Assembly (NCBI RefSeq): GCF_009914755.1
Contig: NC_060929.1
From: the human T2T-CHM13v2.0 reference genome, Homo sapiens
Strand: one strand, 5' to 3'
DNA: 64,000 nt
Below are positions 1 to 11,891 of the stretch, piece after piece (positions within the stretch are counted from its first letter, which is position 1; each line of letters begins with the position of its first letter). The position numbers and the translations under genes were made by a program. Under the pieces are notes generated by a model that saw nothing but the letters and a program-made list of their open reading frames with translations, did not search any database and was not told where the DNA came from.

Positions 1-1269
1 TTCTTTTGATATAGCAGTGTTGAAACATACTTTTTGTAGAATCTGCAAGTGTCCATTTCGAGTTCTTTTGTGCGTATGTTGGAAAAAGTGATATCTTCAC
101 CTGAAAAATAGACAGAAGCATTCCAGAAACTGCTTTGTAACATGTGCATTCAACTCACAGTGTTGAACCTTCCTTATGAGAGAGCGGTTTTGAAACAGTC
201 TTTTTGTAGTATCTGCAAGTGGATATTTGCAGTGATTTGAGGCCAAAGAAGGAAAAGGAAATACCTTCAAATAAAAAACTAGACGGAAGCATTTTCAGAA
301 ACTGCCTTGTGATGTGTGCATTCAACTCATAGAGCTGAACCTTCCTTTTGAGAGAGAAGTTTTGAAACAGTCTTTTTGTAGTATTTGCAAGTGGATATTT
401 GGAGCGATTTGTGGAGTATGGTGGAAAATGAAATATCTTCACATACAAACTAGACAGAAGCATTCTCAGAAACTGCTTTGTGATGTGTGCATTTAAGTCA
501 CAGACTTGAAACTTCCTTTAGGTAGAGCAGTGTTGAAACACACTTGTTGTATAATCTACAAGTGTTCTTTGGAGTGCTTTGTTGCCTATGTTGGAAAAAG
601 AAGTATCTTCACATAAAAACTAGACAGAAGCATTCTCAGAAACTCCTTTGTGATGGGTGTGTTCAATTCACATTGTTGAACCTTTCTTTTGATACAGCAG
701 TGTTGAAACAAACATTTTGTAGAATCTGCAAGTGTTCATTTCAAATGCTTTGAGGCCTTTGTTGGAAAAAGTGTTATCTTCACCTAAAAAATAGACAGAA
801 GCATTCTCAGGAACTGCTTTGTAATATGTGCATTCAACTCACATAGTTGAACCTTACTTTTGAGAGAGCAGTTTTGAAACAGTCTTTTTGTAGTATCTGC
901 AAGTGGATATTTGGAGCGATTTGAGGTTTAAGAAGGAAAAGGAAGCATCTTCAAATAAAAACTAGACAGAAGCTTTCTCAGAAACTGCTTTGTGATGTGT
1001 GCATTTAACTCAAAGTCTTGATCCTTACTTTTGTTAGAGCAGTGTTGAAACACACTTTTTGTAGAACCTGGTAGTGTTCATTTGGAGAGATTTGTTGCCT
1101 ATGGTGGAAAAAGGATTATCTTCTCTTAAAAACTAGACAGAAGCATTCTTAGAAACTGCTTTGTGATGTGTGTGTTCAATTCACAGAGTTGAAACTTTCC
1201 TTTGACAGAGCAGGTTTGAAACACTGCTTCTGTAGAATCTGCTTGTGGATAATGGGAGCTCCTTGAGGA

Positions 1270-1286
1270 ATACGTTGTAAAAGGCA
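1270..1286 (+). promoter_or_regulatory. Degenerate B-box in m9 (representative; present in every copy of m9), predicted non-functional
   Basis: ATACGTTGTAAAAGGCA at the A/B-box position keeps CGTTG.AAA.GG of the B-type box but breaks both TTCG and CGGG. Confidence 0.7.
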
Positions 1287-2120
1287 TATCTTCACATACA
1301 AACTAGACAGAAGCATTCTCAGAAACTGCTTTGTGATGTGTGCATTCAACCCACAGAGTTGAACCTTCCTTTTGAGAGAGCAGTGTTGAAACGGTCTTTT
1401 GTAGTATCTGTAAGTGGATATTTGGAGCGATTTGAGGCCTATGATGGAAAAGGAAATATCTTCACATACAAACTAGACAGAAGCATTCTCAGAAACTGCT
1501 TTGTGATGTGTGCATTCAACCGACAGATTTGAACTTTCCTTTGGAGAGGGAGGTTTTGAAACAGTCTTTTTGTAGTATCTGCAAGTGGATATTTGTAGTG
1601 ACTTGGGGCCTCAGGTGGAAAAGGAAATACCTTCACATACAAAGTAGACAGAAGTATTCTCAGAAACTCCATTGTGATGTGTGCACTCAACTCACAGAGT
1701 TGAACCTTCCTTTTGAGAGAGCAGTTTTGAAACAGTCTTTTTGTAACGTCTGCAGGTGGATATTTGGAGCGATTCGTGTAGTATGATGGAAAAGGAAATA
1801 TCTTCACATACAAACTAAACAGAAGCATTCTCAGAAACTTCTTGTGATGTGTGCATTCACCTAACAGAGTGGATCCGTTCTTTTGATAGAGCAGTTTTGA
1901 ATCAGTCTTTTGGTAGGACCTGCAAGTTTTCATTTGGAGCGCTTTGAAGCCCATGGTGGAAAAGGGACTATCTTCAGAAAAAACTAGGCAGAAGCCTTCT
2001 CAGGAACTTCATTGAGATGTGTGCATTCAACTAACAGAGTTGAAACTGTCTTTTGACAGAGGAGGAATGAAACACTCCTTTTGTAGTATCTGATTGTGTA
2101 TATTTGGAACTCTTTGAGTT

Positions 2121-2137
2121 ATTCGTTGGAAACGGGT
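2121..2137 (+). promoter_or_regulatory. CENP-B box, intact
   Basis: ATTCGTTGGAAACGGGT matches NTTCGNNNNANNCGGGN. Confidence 0.93.
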
Positions 2138-2163
2138 ATCTTCACATAAAAAGTAGACCCAAG

Positions 2164-4721
2164 CATTCTCAGAAGGTACTTTGTGATGTGTGCGTTCAAC
2201 TCACAGACTTGAAACTTTCTTTTGATAGAGCAGTGTTGAAACACAGTTTTTGTAGAATCCACAAGTATTCATTTGGAGCGCTTTGTTGCCTATGTGGGAA
2301 AAAGGAATATCTTCACTTAAAAACTAGACAGAAGCATTCTCTGAAACTCCTCTGTGAAGTGTGTGTTCAATTCACATCGTTGAACCTTTCTTTTGATGGA
2401 GCAGTGTTGAAACATACTTTTTGTAGAATCTGCAAGTGTCCATTTCGAGTTCTTTTGTGCGTATGTTGGAAAAAGTGATATCTTCACCTGAAAAATAGAC
2501 AGAAGCATTCCAGAAACTGCTTTGTAACATGTGCATTCAACTCACAGTGTTGAACCTTCCTTTTGAGAGAGCGGTTTTGAAACAGTCTTTTTGTAGTATC
2601 TGCAAGTGGATATTTGCAGTGATTTGAGGCCGAAGAAGGAAAAGGAAATACCTTCAAATAAAAAACTAGACGGAAGCATTTTCGGAAACTGCCTTGTGAT
2701 GTGTGCATTCAACTCACAGAGTTGAACCTTCCTTTTGAGAGAGAAGTTTTGAAACAGTCTTTTTGTAGTATTTGCAAGTGGATATTTGGAGCGATTTGTG
2801 GAGTATGGTGGAAAATGAAATATCTTCACATACAAACTAGACAGAAGCATTCTCAGAAACTGCTTTGTGATGTGTGCATTTAAGTCACAGACTTGAAACT
2901 TCCTTTAGGTAGAGCAGTGTTGAAACACACTTTTTGTATAATCTACAAGTGTTCTTTGGAGTGCTTTGTTGCCTATGTTGGAAAAAGAAATATCTTCACA
3001 TAAAAACTAGACAGAGGCATTCTCAGAAACTCCTTTGTGATGGGTGTGTTCAATTCACATTGTTGAACCTTTCTTTTGATACAGCAGTGTTGAAACAAAC
3101 ATTTTGTAGAATCTGCAAGTGTTCATTTCAAATGCTTTGTGGCCTATGTTGGAAAAAGTGATATCTTCACCTAAAAAATAGACAGAAGCATTCTCAGGAA
3201 CTGCTTTGTAATATGTGCATTCAACTCACAGAGTTGAACCTTCCTTTTGAGAGAGCGGTTTTGAAACAATCTTTTTGTAGTATCTGCAAGTGGATATTTC
3301 GAGCGATTTGAGGTTTAAGAAGGAAAAGGAAGCATCTTCAAATAAAAACTAGACAGAAGCTTTCTCAGAAACTGCTTTGTGATGTGTGCATTTAACTCAA
3401 AGTCTTGATCCTTACTTTTGTTAGAGCAGTGTTGAAACACACTTTTTGTAGAACCTGGTAGTGTTCATTTGGAGAGATTTGTTGCCTATGGTGGAAAAAG
3501 GATTATCTTCTCTTAAAAACTAGACAGAAGCATTCTTAGAAACTGCTTTGTGATGTGTGTGTTCAATTCACAGAGTTGAAACTTTCCTTTGACAGAGCAG
3601 GTTTGAAACACTGCTTCTGTAGAATCTGCTTGTGGATATTGGGAGCTCCTTGAGGAATACGTTGTAAAAGCCATATCTTCACATACAAACTAGACAGAAG
3701 CATTCTCAGAAACTGCTTTGTGATGTGTGCATTCAACTCACAGAGTTGAACCTTCCATTTGAGAGAGCAGTGTTGAAACAGTCTTTTTGTAGTATCTTCA
3801 AGTGGATATTTGGAGCGATTTGAGGCCTATGATGGAAAAGGAAATATCTTCACATACAAACTAGACAGAAGCATTCTCAGAAACTGCTTTGTGATGTGTG
3901 CATTCAACCCACAGAGTTGAACCTTCCTTTTGAGAGAGCAGTGTTGAAACGGTCTTTTGTAGTATCTGCAAGTGGATATTTGGAGCGATTTGAGGCCTAT
4001 GATGGAAAAGGAAATATCTTCACATGCAAAGTAGACAGAAGCATTCTCAGAAACTGCTTTGTGATGTGTGCATTCAACCGACAGATTTGAACTTTCCTTT
4101 GGAGAGGGAGGTTTTGAAACAGTCTTTTTGTAGTATCTGCAAGTGGATATTTGTAGTGACTTGGGGCCTCAGGTGGAAAAGGAAATACCTTCACATACAA
4201 AGTAGACAGAAGTATTCTCAGAAACTCCATTGTGATGTGTGCACTCAACTCACAGAGTTGAACCTTCCTTTTGAGAGAGTAGTTTTGAAACAGTCTTTTT
4301 GTAACGTCTGCAGGTGGATATTTGGAGCGATTCGTGTAGTATGATGGAAAAGGAAATATCTTCACATACAAACTAAACAGAAGCATTCTCAGAAACTTCT
4401 TGTGATGTGTGCATTCACCTAACAGAGTGGAACCGTTCTTTTGATAGAGCAGTTTTGAATCAGTCTTTTGGTAGGACCTGCAAGTTTTCATTTGGAGCGC
4501 TTTGAAGCCCATGGTGGAAAAGGGACTATCTTCACAAAAAACTAGGCAGAAGCCTTCTCAGGAACTTCATTGAGATGTGTGCATTCAACTAACAGAGTTG
4601 AAACTGTCTTTTGACAGAGCAGGAATGAAACACTCCTTTTGTAGTATCTGATTGTGTGTATTTGGAACTCTTTGAGTTATTCGTTGGAAACAGGTATCTT
4701 CACATAAATAGTAGACCCAAG
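2164..4721 (+). repeat. Representative canonical 15-mer HOR unit (m1-m15), 2558 bp
   Basis: Fifteen monomer starts counted at 2164, 2335, 2506, 2677, 2848, 3018, 3189, 3360, 3531, 3701, 3872, 4042, 4213, 4384 and ~4553; the next m1 starts at 4722. Confidence 0.95.
4679..4695 (+). promoter_or_regulatory. CENP-B box, mutated (CGGG>CAGG)
   Basis: ATTCGTTGGAAACAGGT; an essential G is lost. Confidence 0.9.
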
Positions 4722-7242
4722 CATTCTCAGAAGGTCCTTTGTGATGTGTGCGTTCAACTCACAGACTTGAAACTTTCTTTTGATAGAGCAGTGTTGAAAC
4801 ACAGTTTTTGTAGAATCCACAAGTATTCATTTGGAGCGCTTTGTTGCCTATGTGGGAAAAAGGAATATCTTCACTTAAAAACTAGACAGAAGCATTCTCT
4901 GAAACTCCTCTGTGAAGTGTGTGTTCAATTCACATCGTTGAAACTTTCTTTTGATGGAGCAGTGTTGAAACATACTTTTTGTAGAATCTGCAAGTGTCCA
5001 TTTCGAGTTCTTTTGTGCGTATGTTGGAAAAAGTGATATCTTCACCTGAAAAATAGACAGAAGCATTCCAGAAACTGCTTTGTAACATGTGCATTCAACT
5101 CACAGTGTTGAACCTTCCTTTTGACAGAGCGGTTTTGAAACAGTCTTTTTGTAGTATCTGCAAGTGGATATTTGCAGTGATTTGAGGCCGAAGAAGGAAA
5201 AGGAAATACCTTCAAATAAAAAACTAGACGGAAGCATTTTCGGAAACTGCCTTGTGGTGTGTGCATTCAACTCACAGAGTTGAACCTTCCTTTTGAGAGA
5301 GAAGTTTTGAAACAGTCTTTATGTAGTATTTGCAAGTGGATATTTGGAGCGATTTGTGGAGTATGGTGGAAAATGAAATATCTTCACATACAAACTAGAC
5401 AGAAGCATTCTCAGAAACTGCTTTGTGATGTGTGCATTTAAGTCACAGACTTGAAACTTCCTTTTGGTAGAGCAGTGTTGAAACACACTTTTTGTATAAT
5501 CTACAAGTGTTCTTTGGAGTGCTTTGTTGCCTATGTTGGAAAAAGAAATATCTTCACATAAAAACTAGACAGAAGCATTCTCAGAAACTCCTTTGTGATG
5601 GGTGTGTTCAATTCACATTGTTGAACCTTTCTTTTGATACAGCAGTGTTGAAACAAACATTTTGTAGAATCTGCAAGTGTTCATTTCAAATGCTTTGTGG
5701 CCTATGTTGGAAAAAGTGATATCTTCACCTAAAAAATAGACAGAAGCATTCTCAGGAACTGCTTTGTAATATGTGCATTCAACTCACAGAGTTGAACCTT
5801 CCTTTTGAGAGAGCGGTTTTGAAACAATCTTTTTGTAGTATCTGCAAGTGGATATTTGGAGCGATTTGAGGTTTAATAAGGAAAAGGAAGTACCTTCAAA
5901 TAAAAACTAGACAGAAGCTTTCTCAGAAACTGCTTTGTGATGTGTGCATTTAACTCAAAGTCTTGATCCTTACTTTTGTTAGAGCAGTGTTGAAACACAC
6001 ATTTTGTAGAACCTGGTAGTGTTCATTTGGAGAGATTTGTTGCCTATGGTGGAAAAAGGATTATCTTCTCTTAAAAACTAGACAGAAGCATTCTTAGAAA
6101 CTGCTTTGTGATGTGTGTGTTCAATTCACAGAGTTGAAACTTTCCTTTGACAGAGCAGGTTTGAAACACTGCTTCTGTAGAATCTGGTTGTGGATATTTG
6201 GAGCTCCTTGAGGAATACGTTGTAAAAGGCATATCTTCACATACAAACTAGACAGAAGCATTCTCAGAAACTGCTTTGTGATGTGTGCATTCAACTCACA
6301 CAGTTGAACCTTCCATTTGAGAGAGCAGTGTTGAAACGGTCTTTTTATAGTATCTTCAAGTGGATATTTGGAGCGATTTGAGGCCTATGATGGAAAAGGA
6401 AATATCTTCACATACAAACTAGACAGAAGCATTCTCAGAAACTTCTTTGTGATGTGTGCATTCAACCCACAGAGTTGAACCTTCCTTTTGAGAGTGCAGT
6501 GTTCAAACGGTCTTTTGTAGTATCTGCAAGTGGATATTTGGAGCGATTTGAGGCCTATGATGGAAAAGGAAATATCTTCACATACAAACTAGACAGAAGC
6601 ATTCTCAGAAACTGCTTTGTGATGTGTGCATTCAACCGACAGATTTGAACTTTCCTTTTGAGAGGGTGGTTTTGAAACAGTCTTTTTGTAGTATCTGCAA
6701 GTGGATATTTGTAGTGACTTGGGGCCTCAGGTGGAAAAGGAAATACCTTCACATACAAAGTAGACAGAAGTATTCTCAGAAACTCCATTGTGATGTGTGC
6801 ACTCAACTCACAGAGTTGAACCTTCCTTTTGAGAGAGCAGTTTTGAAACAGTCTTTTTGTAACGTCTGCAGGTGGATATTTGGAGCGATTCGTGTAGTAT
6901 GATGGAAAAGGAAATATCTTCACATACAAACTAAACAGAAGCATTCTCAGAAACTTCTTGTGATGTGTGCATTCACCTAACAGAGTGGAACCGTTCTTTT
7001 GATAGAGCAGTTTTGAATCAGTCTTTTGGTAGGACCTGCAAGTTTTCATTTGGAGCGCTTTGAAGCCCATGGTGGAAAAGGGACTATCTTTAAAAAAAAC
7101 TAGGCAGAAGCCTTCTCAGGAACTTCATTGAGATGTGGATGTGTGCATTCAACTAACAGAGTTGAAACTGTCTTTTGACAGAGGAGGAATGAAACACTCC
7201 TTTTGTAGTATCTGATTGTGTATATTTGGAACTCTTTGAGTT

Positions 7243-7259
7243 ATTCGTTGGAAACAGGT
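7243..7259 (+). promoter_or_regulatory. CENP-B box, mutated (CGGG>CAGG)
   Basis: ATTCGTTGGAAACAGGT. Confidence 0.9.
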
Positions 7260-8378
7260 ATCTTCACATAAAAAGTAGACCCAAGCATTCTCAGAAGGTC
7301 CTTTGTGATGTGTGCGTTCAACTCACAGACTTCAAACTTTCTTTTGATAGAGCAGTGTTGAAACACAGTTTTTGTAGAATCCACAAGTATTCATTTGGAG
7401 CGCTTTGTTGCCTATGTGGGAAAAAGGAATATCTTCACTTAAAAACTAGACAGAAGCATTCTCTGAAACTCCTCTGTGAAGTGTGTGTCCAATTCACATC
7501 GTTGAAACTTTCTTTTGATGGAGCAGTGTTGAAACATACTTTTTGTAGAATCTGCAAGTGTCCATTTCGAGTTCTTTTGTGCGTATGTTGGAAAAAGTGA
7601 TATCTTCACCTGAAATATAGACAGAAGCATTCCAGAAACTGCTTTGTAACATGTGCATTCAACTCACAGTGTTGAACCTTCCTTTTGAGAGAGCGGTTTT
7701 GAAACAGTCTTTTTGTAGTATCTGCAAGTGGATATTTGCAGTGATTTGAGGCCGAAGAAGGAAAAGGAAATACCTTCAAATAAAAAACTAGACGGAAGCA
7801 TTTTCGGAAACTGCCTTGTGATGTGTGCATTCAACTCACAGAGTTGAACCTTCCTTTTGAGAGAGAAGTTTTGAAACAGTCTTTTTGTAGTATTTGCAAG
7901 TGGATATTTGGAGCGATTTGTGGAGTATGGTGGAAAATGAAATATCTTCACAAACAAACTAGACAGAAGCATTCTCAGAAACTGCTTTGTGATGTGTGCA
8001 TTTAAGTCACAGGCTTGAAACTTCCTTTAGGTAGAGCAGTGTTGAAACACACTTTTTGTATAATCTACAAGTGTTCTTTGGAGTGCTTTGTTGCCTATGT
8101 TGAAAAAACAAATATCTTCACATAGAAACTAGACAGAAGCATTCTCAGAAACTCCTTTGTGATGGGTGTGTTCAATTCACATTGTTGAACCTTTCTTTTG
8201 ATACAGCAGTGTTGAAACAAACATTTTGTAGAATCTGCAAGTGTTCATTTCAAATGCTTTGTGGCCTATGTTGGAAAAAGTGATATCTTCACCTAAAAAA
8301 TAGACAGAAGCATTCTCAGGAACTGCTTTGTAATATGTGCATTCAACTCACAGAGTTGAACCTTCCTTTTGAGAGAGC

Positions 8379-11300
8379 GGTTTTGAAACAATCTTTTTGT
8401 AGTATCTGCAAGTGGATATTTGGAGCGATTTGAGGTTTAATAAGGAAAAGGAAGTACCTTCAAATAAAAACTAGACAGAAGCTTTCTCAGAAACTGCTTT
8501 GTGATGTGTGCATTTAACTCAAAGTCTTGATCCTTACTTTTGTTAGAGCAGTGTTGAAACACACATTTTGTAGAACCTGGTAGTGTTCATTTGGAGAGAT
8601 TTGTTGCCTATGGTGGAAAAAGGATTATCTTCTCTTAAAAACTAGACAGAAGCATTCTTAGAAACTGCTTTGTGATGTGTGTGTTCAATTCACAGAGTTG
8701 AAACTTTCCTTTGACAGAGCAGGTTTGAAACACTGCTTCTGTAGAATCTGGTTGTGGATATTTGGAGCTCCTTGAGGAATACGTTGTAAAAGGCATATCT
8801 TCACATACAAACTAGACAGAAGCATTCTCAGAAACTGCTTTGTGATGTGTGCATTCAACTCACACAGTTGAACCTTCCATTTGAGAGAGCAGTGTTGAAA
8901 CGGTCTTTTTATAGTATCTTCAAGTGGATATTTGGAGCGATTTGAGGCCTATGATGGAAAAGGAAATATCTTCACATACAAACTAGACAGAAGCATTCTC
9001 AGAAACTTCTTTGTGATGTGTGCATTCAACCCACAGAGTTGAACCTTCCTTTTGAGAGTGCAGTGTTCAAACGGTCTTTTGTAGTATCTGCAAGTGGATA
9101 TTTGGAGCGATTTGAGGCCTATGATGGAAAAGGAAATATCTTCACATACAAACTAGACAGAAGCATTCTCAGAAACTGCTTTGTGATGTGTGCATTCAAC
9201 CGACAGATTTGAACTTTCCTTTTGAGAGGGTGGTTTTGAAACATTCTTTTTGTAGTATCTGCAAGTGGATATTTGTAGTGACTTGGGGCCTCAGGTGGAA
9301 AAGGAAATACCTTCACATACAAAGTAGACAGAAGTATTCTCAGAAACTCCATTGTGATGTGTGCACTCAACTCACAGAGTTGAACCTTCCTTTTGAGAGA
9401 GCGGTTTTGAAACAATCTTTTTGTAGTGTCTGCAAGTGGATATTTGGAGCGATTTGAGGTTTAATAAGGAAAAGGAAGTACCTTCAAATAAAATCTAGAC
9501 AGAAGCTTTCTCAGAAACTGCTTTGTGATGTGTGCATTTAACTCAAAGTCTTGATCCTTACTTTTGTTAGAGCAGTGTTGAAACACACATTTTGTAGAAC
9601 CTGGTAGTGTTCATTTGGAGAGATTTGTTGCCTATGGTGGAAAAAGGATTATCTTCTCTTAAAAACTAGACAGAAGCATTCTTAGAAACTGCTTTGTGAT
9701 GTGTGTGTTCAATTCACAGAGTTGAAACTTTCCTTTGACAGAGCAGGTTTGAAACACTGCTTCTGTAGAATCTGCTTGTGGATATTTGGAGCTCCTTGAG
9801 GAATACGTTGTAAAAGGCATATCTTCACATACAAACTAGACAGAAGCATTCTCAGAAACTGCTTTGTGATGTGTGCATTCAACTCACACAGTTGAACCTT
9901 CCATTTGAGAGAGCAGTGTTGAAACGGTCTTTTTATAGTATCTTCAAGTGGATATTTGGAGCGATTTGAGGCCTATGATGGAAAAGGAAATATCTTCACA
10001 TACAAACTAGACAGAAGCATTCTCAGAAACTTCTTTGTGATGTGTGCATTCAACCCACAGAGTTGAACCTTCCTTTTGAGAGTGCAGTGTTCAAACGGTC
10101 TTTTGTAGTATCTGCAAGTGGATATTTGGAGCGATTTGAGGCCTATGATGGAAAAGGAAATATCTTCACATACAAACTAGACAGAAGCATTCTCAGAAAC
10201 TGCTTTGTGATGTGTGCATTCAACCGACAGATTTGAACTTTCCTTTTGAGAGGGTGGTTTTGAAACAGTCTTTTTGTAGTATCTGCAAGTGGATATTTGT
10301 AGTGACTTGGGGCCTCAGGTGGAAAAGGAAATACCTTCACATACAAAGTAGACAGAAGTATTCTCAGAAACTCCATTGTGATGTGTGCACTCAACTCACA
10401 GAGTTGAACCTTCCTTTTGAGAGAGCGGTTTTGAAACAATCTTTTTGTAGTGTCTGCAAGTGGATATTTGGAGCGATTTGAGGTTTAATAAGGAAAAGGA
10501 AGTACCTTCAAATAAAATCTAGACAGAAGCTTTCTCAGAAACTGCTTTGTGATGTGTGCATTTAACTCAAAGTCTTGATCCTTACTTTTGTTAGAGCAGT
10601 GTTGAAACACACATTTTGTAGAACCTGGTAGTGTTCATTTGGAGAGATTTGTTCCCTATGGTGGAAAAAGGATTATCTTCTCTTAAAAACTAGACAGAAG
10701 CATTCTTAGAAACTGCTTTGTGATGTGTGTGTTCAATTCACAGAGTTGAAACTTTCCTTTGACAGAGCAGGTTTGAAACACTGCTTCTGTAGAATCTGCT
10801 TGTGGATATTTGGAGCTCCTTGAGGAATACGTTGTAAAAGGCATATCTTCACATACAAACTAGACAGAAGCATTCTCAGAAACTGCTTTGTGATGTGTGC
10901 ATTCAACTCACACAGTTGAACCTTCCATTTGAGAGAGCAGTGTTGAAACGGTCTTTTTATAGTATCTTCAAGTGGATATTTGGAGCGATTTGAGGCCTAT
11001 GATGGAAAAGGAAATATCTTCACATACAAACTAGACAGAAGCATTCTCAGAAACTTCTTTGTGATGTGTGCATTCAACCCACAGAGTTGAACCTTCCTTT
11101 TGAGAGTGCAGTGTTCAAACGGTCTTTTGTAGTATCTGCAAGTGGATATTTGGAGCGATTTGAGGCCTATGATGGAAAAGGAAATATCTTCACATACAAA
11201 CTAGACAGAAGCATTCTCAGAAACTGCTTTGTGATGTGTGCATTCAACCGACAGATTTGAACTTTCCTTTTGAGAGGGTGGTTTTGAAACAGTCTTTTTG

Positions 11301-11450
11301 TAGTATCTGCAAGTGGATATTTGTAGTGACTTGGGGCCTCAGGTGGAAAAGGAAATACCTTCACATACAAAGTAGACAGAAGTATTCTCAGAAACTCCAT
11401 TGTGATGTGTGCACTCAACTCACAGAGTTGAACCTTCCTTTTGAGAGAGC
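8379..11450 (+). repeat. Tandem triplication of a 6-monomer (1024-bp) sub-unit, m7(3' part) to m13(5' part), giving a 27-mer HOR variant
   Basis: Landmarks at 9018, 10042 and 11066 are 1024 bp apart. Box-to-box spacing 7243->11849 is 4606 = 2558 + 2x1024. Hybrid m13/m7 monomers occur at ~9335 and ~10359. Confidence 0.93.
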
Positions 11451-11848
11451 AGTTTTGAAACAGTCTTTTTGTAACGTCTGCAGGTGGATATTTGGAGCGA
11501 TTCGTGTAGTATGATGGAAAAGGAAATATCTTCACATACAAACTAAACAGAAGCATTCTCAGAAACTTCTTGTGATGTGTGCATTCACCTAACAGAGTGG
11601 AACCGTTCTTTTGATAGAGCAGTTTTGAATCAGTCTTTTGGTAGGACCTGCAAGTTTTCATTTGGAGCGCTTTGAAGCCCATGGTGGAAAAGGGACTATC
11701 TTTAAAAAAAACTAGGCAGAAGCCTTCTCAGGAACTTCATTGAGATGTGTGCATTCAACTAACAGAGTTGAAACTGTCTTTTGACAGAGGAGGAATGAAA
11801 CACTCCTTTTGTAGTATCTGATTGTGTATATTTGGAACTCTTTGAGTT

Positions 11849-11865
11849 ATTCGTTGGAAACAGGT
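11849..11865 (+). promoter_or_regulatory. CENP-B box, mutated (CGGG>CAGG)
   Basis: ATTCGTTGGAAACAGGT. Confidence 0.9.
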
Positions 11866-11891
11866 ATCTTCACATAAAAAGTAGACCCAAG

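Larger units (their letters stand above)
1..2163 (+). repeat. Partial HOR variant lacking m10 (14-mer, 2387-bp period), more divergent than the other copies
   Basis: Landmark spacing 314->2701 is 2387 bp. m9 is followed directly by the 'caacccacag' monomer m11 at ~1314, with no 'ccttccatttgag' monomer. Confidence 0.92.

Noticed and set aside
1508-2478. Cys/His-rich peptides (CxxC, HSQKLLC) superficially like zinc fingers
   Set aside because: These arise from the TGT/TGC/CAT-rich alphoid consensus; there is no C2H2 spacing or TGEKP linker.
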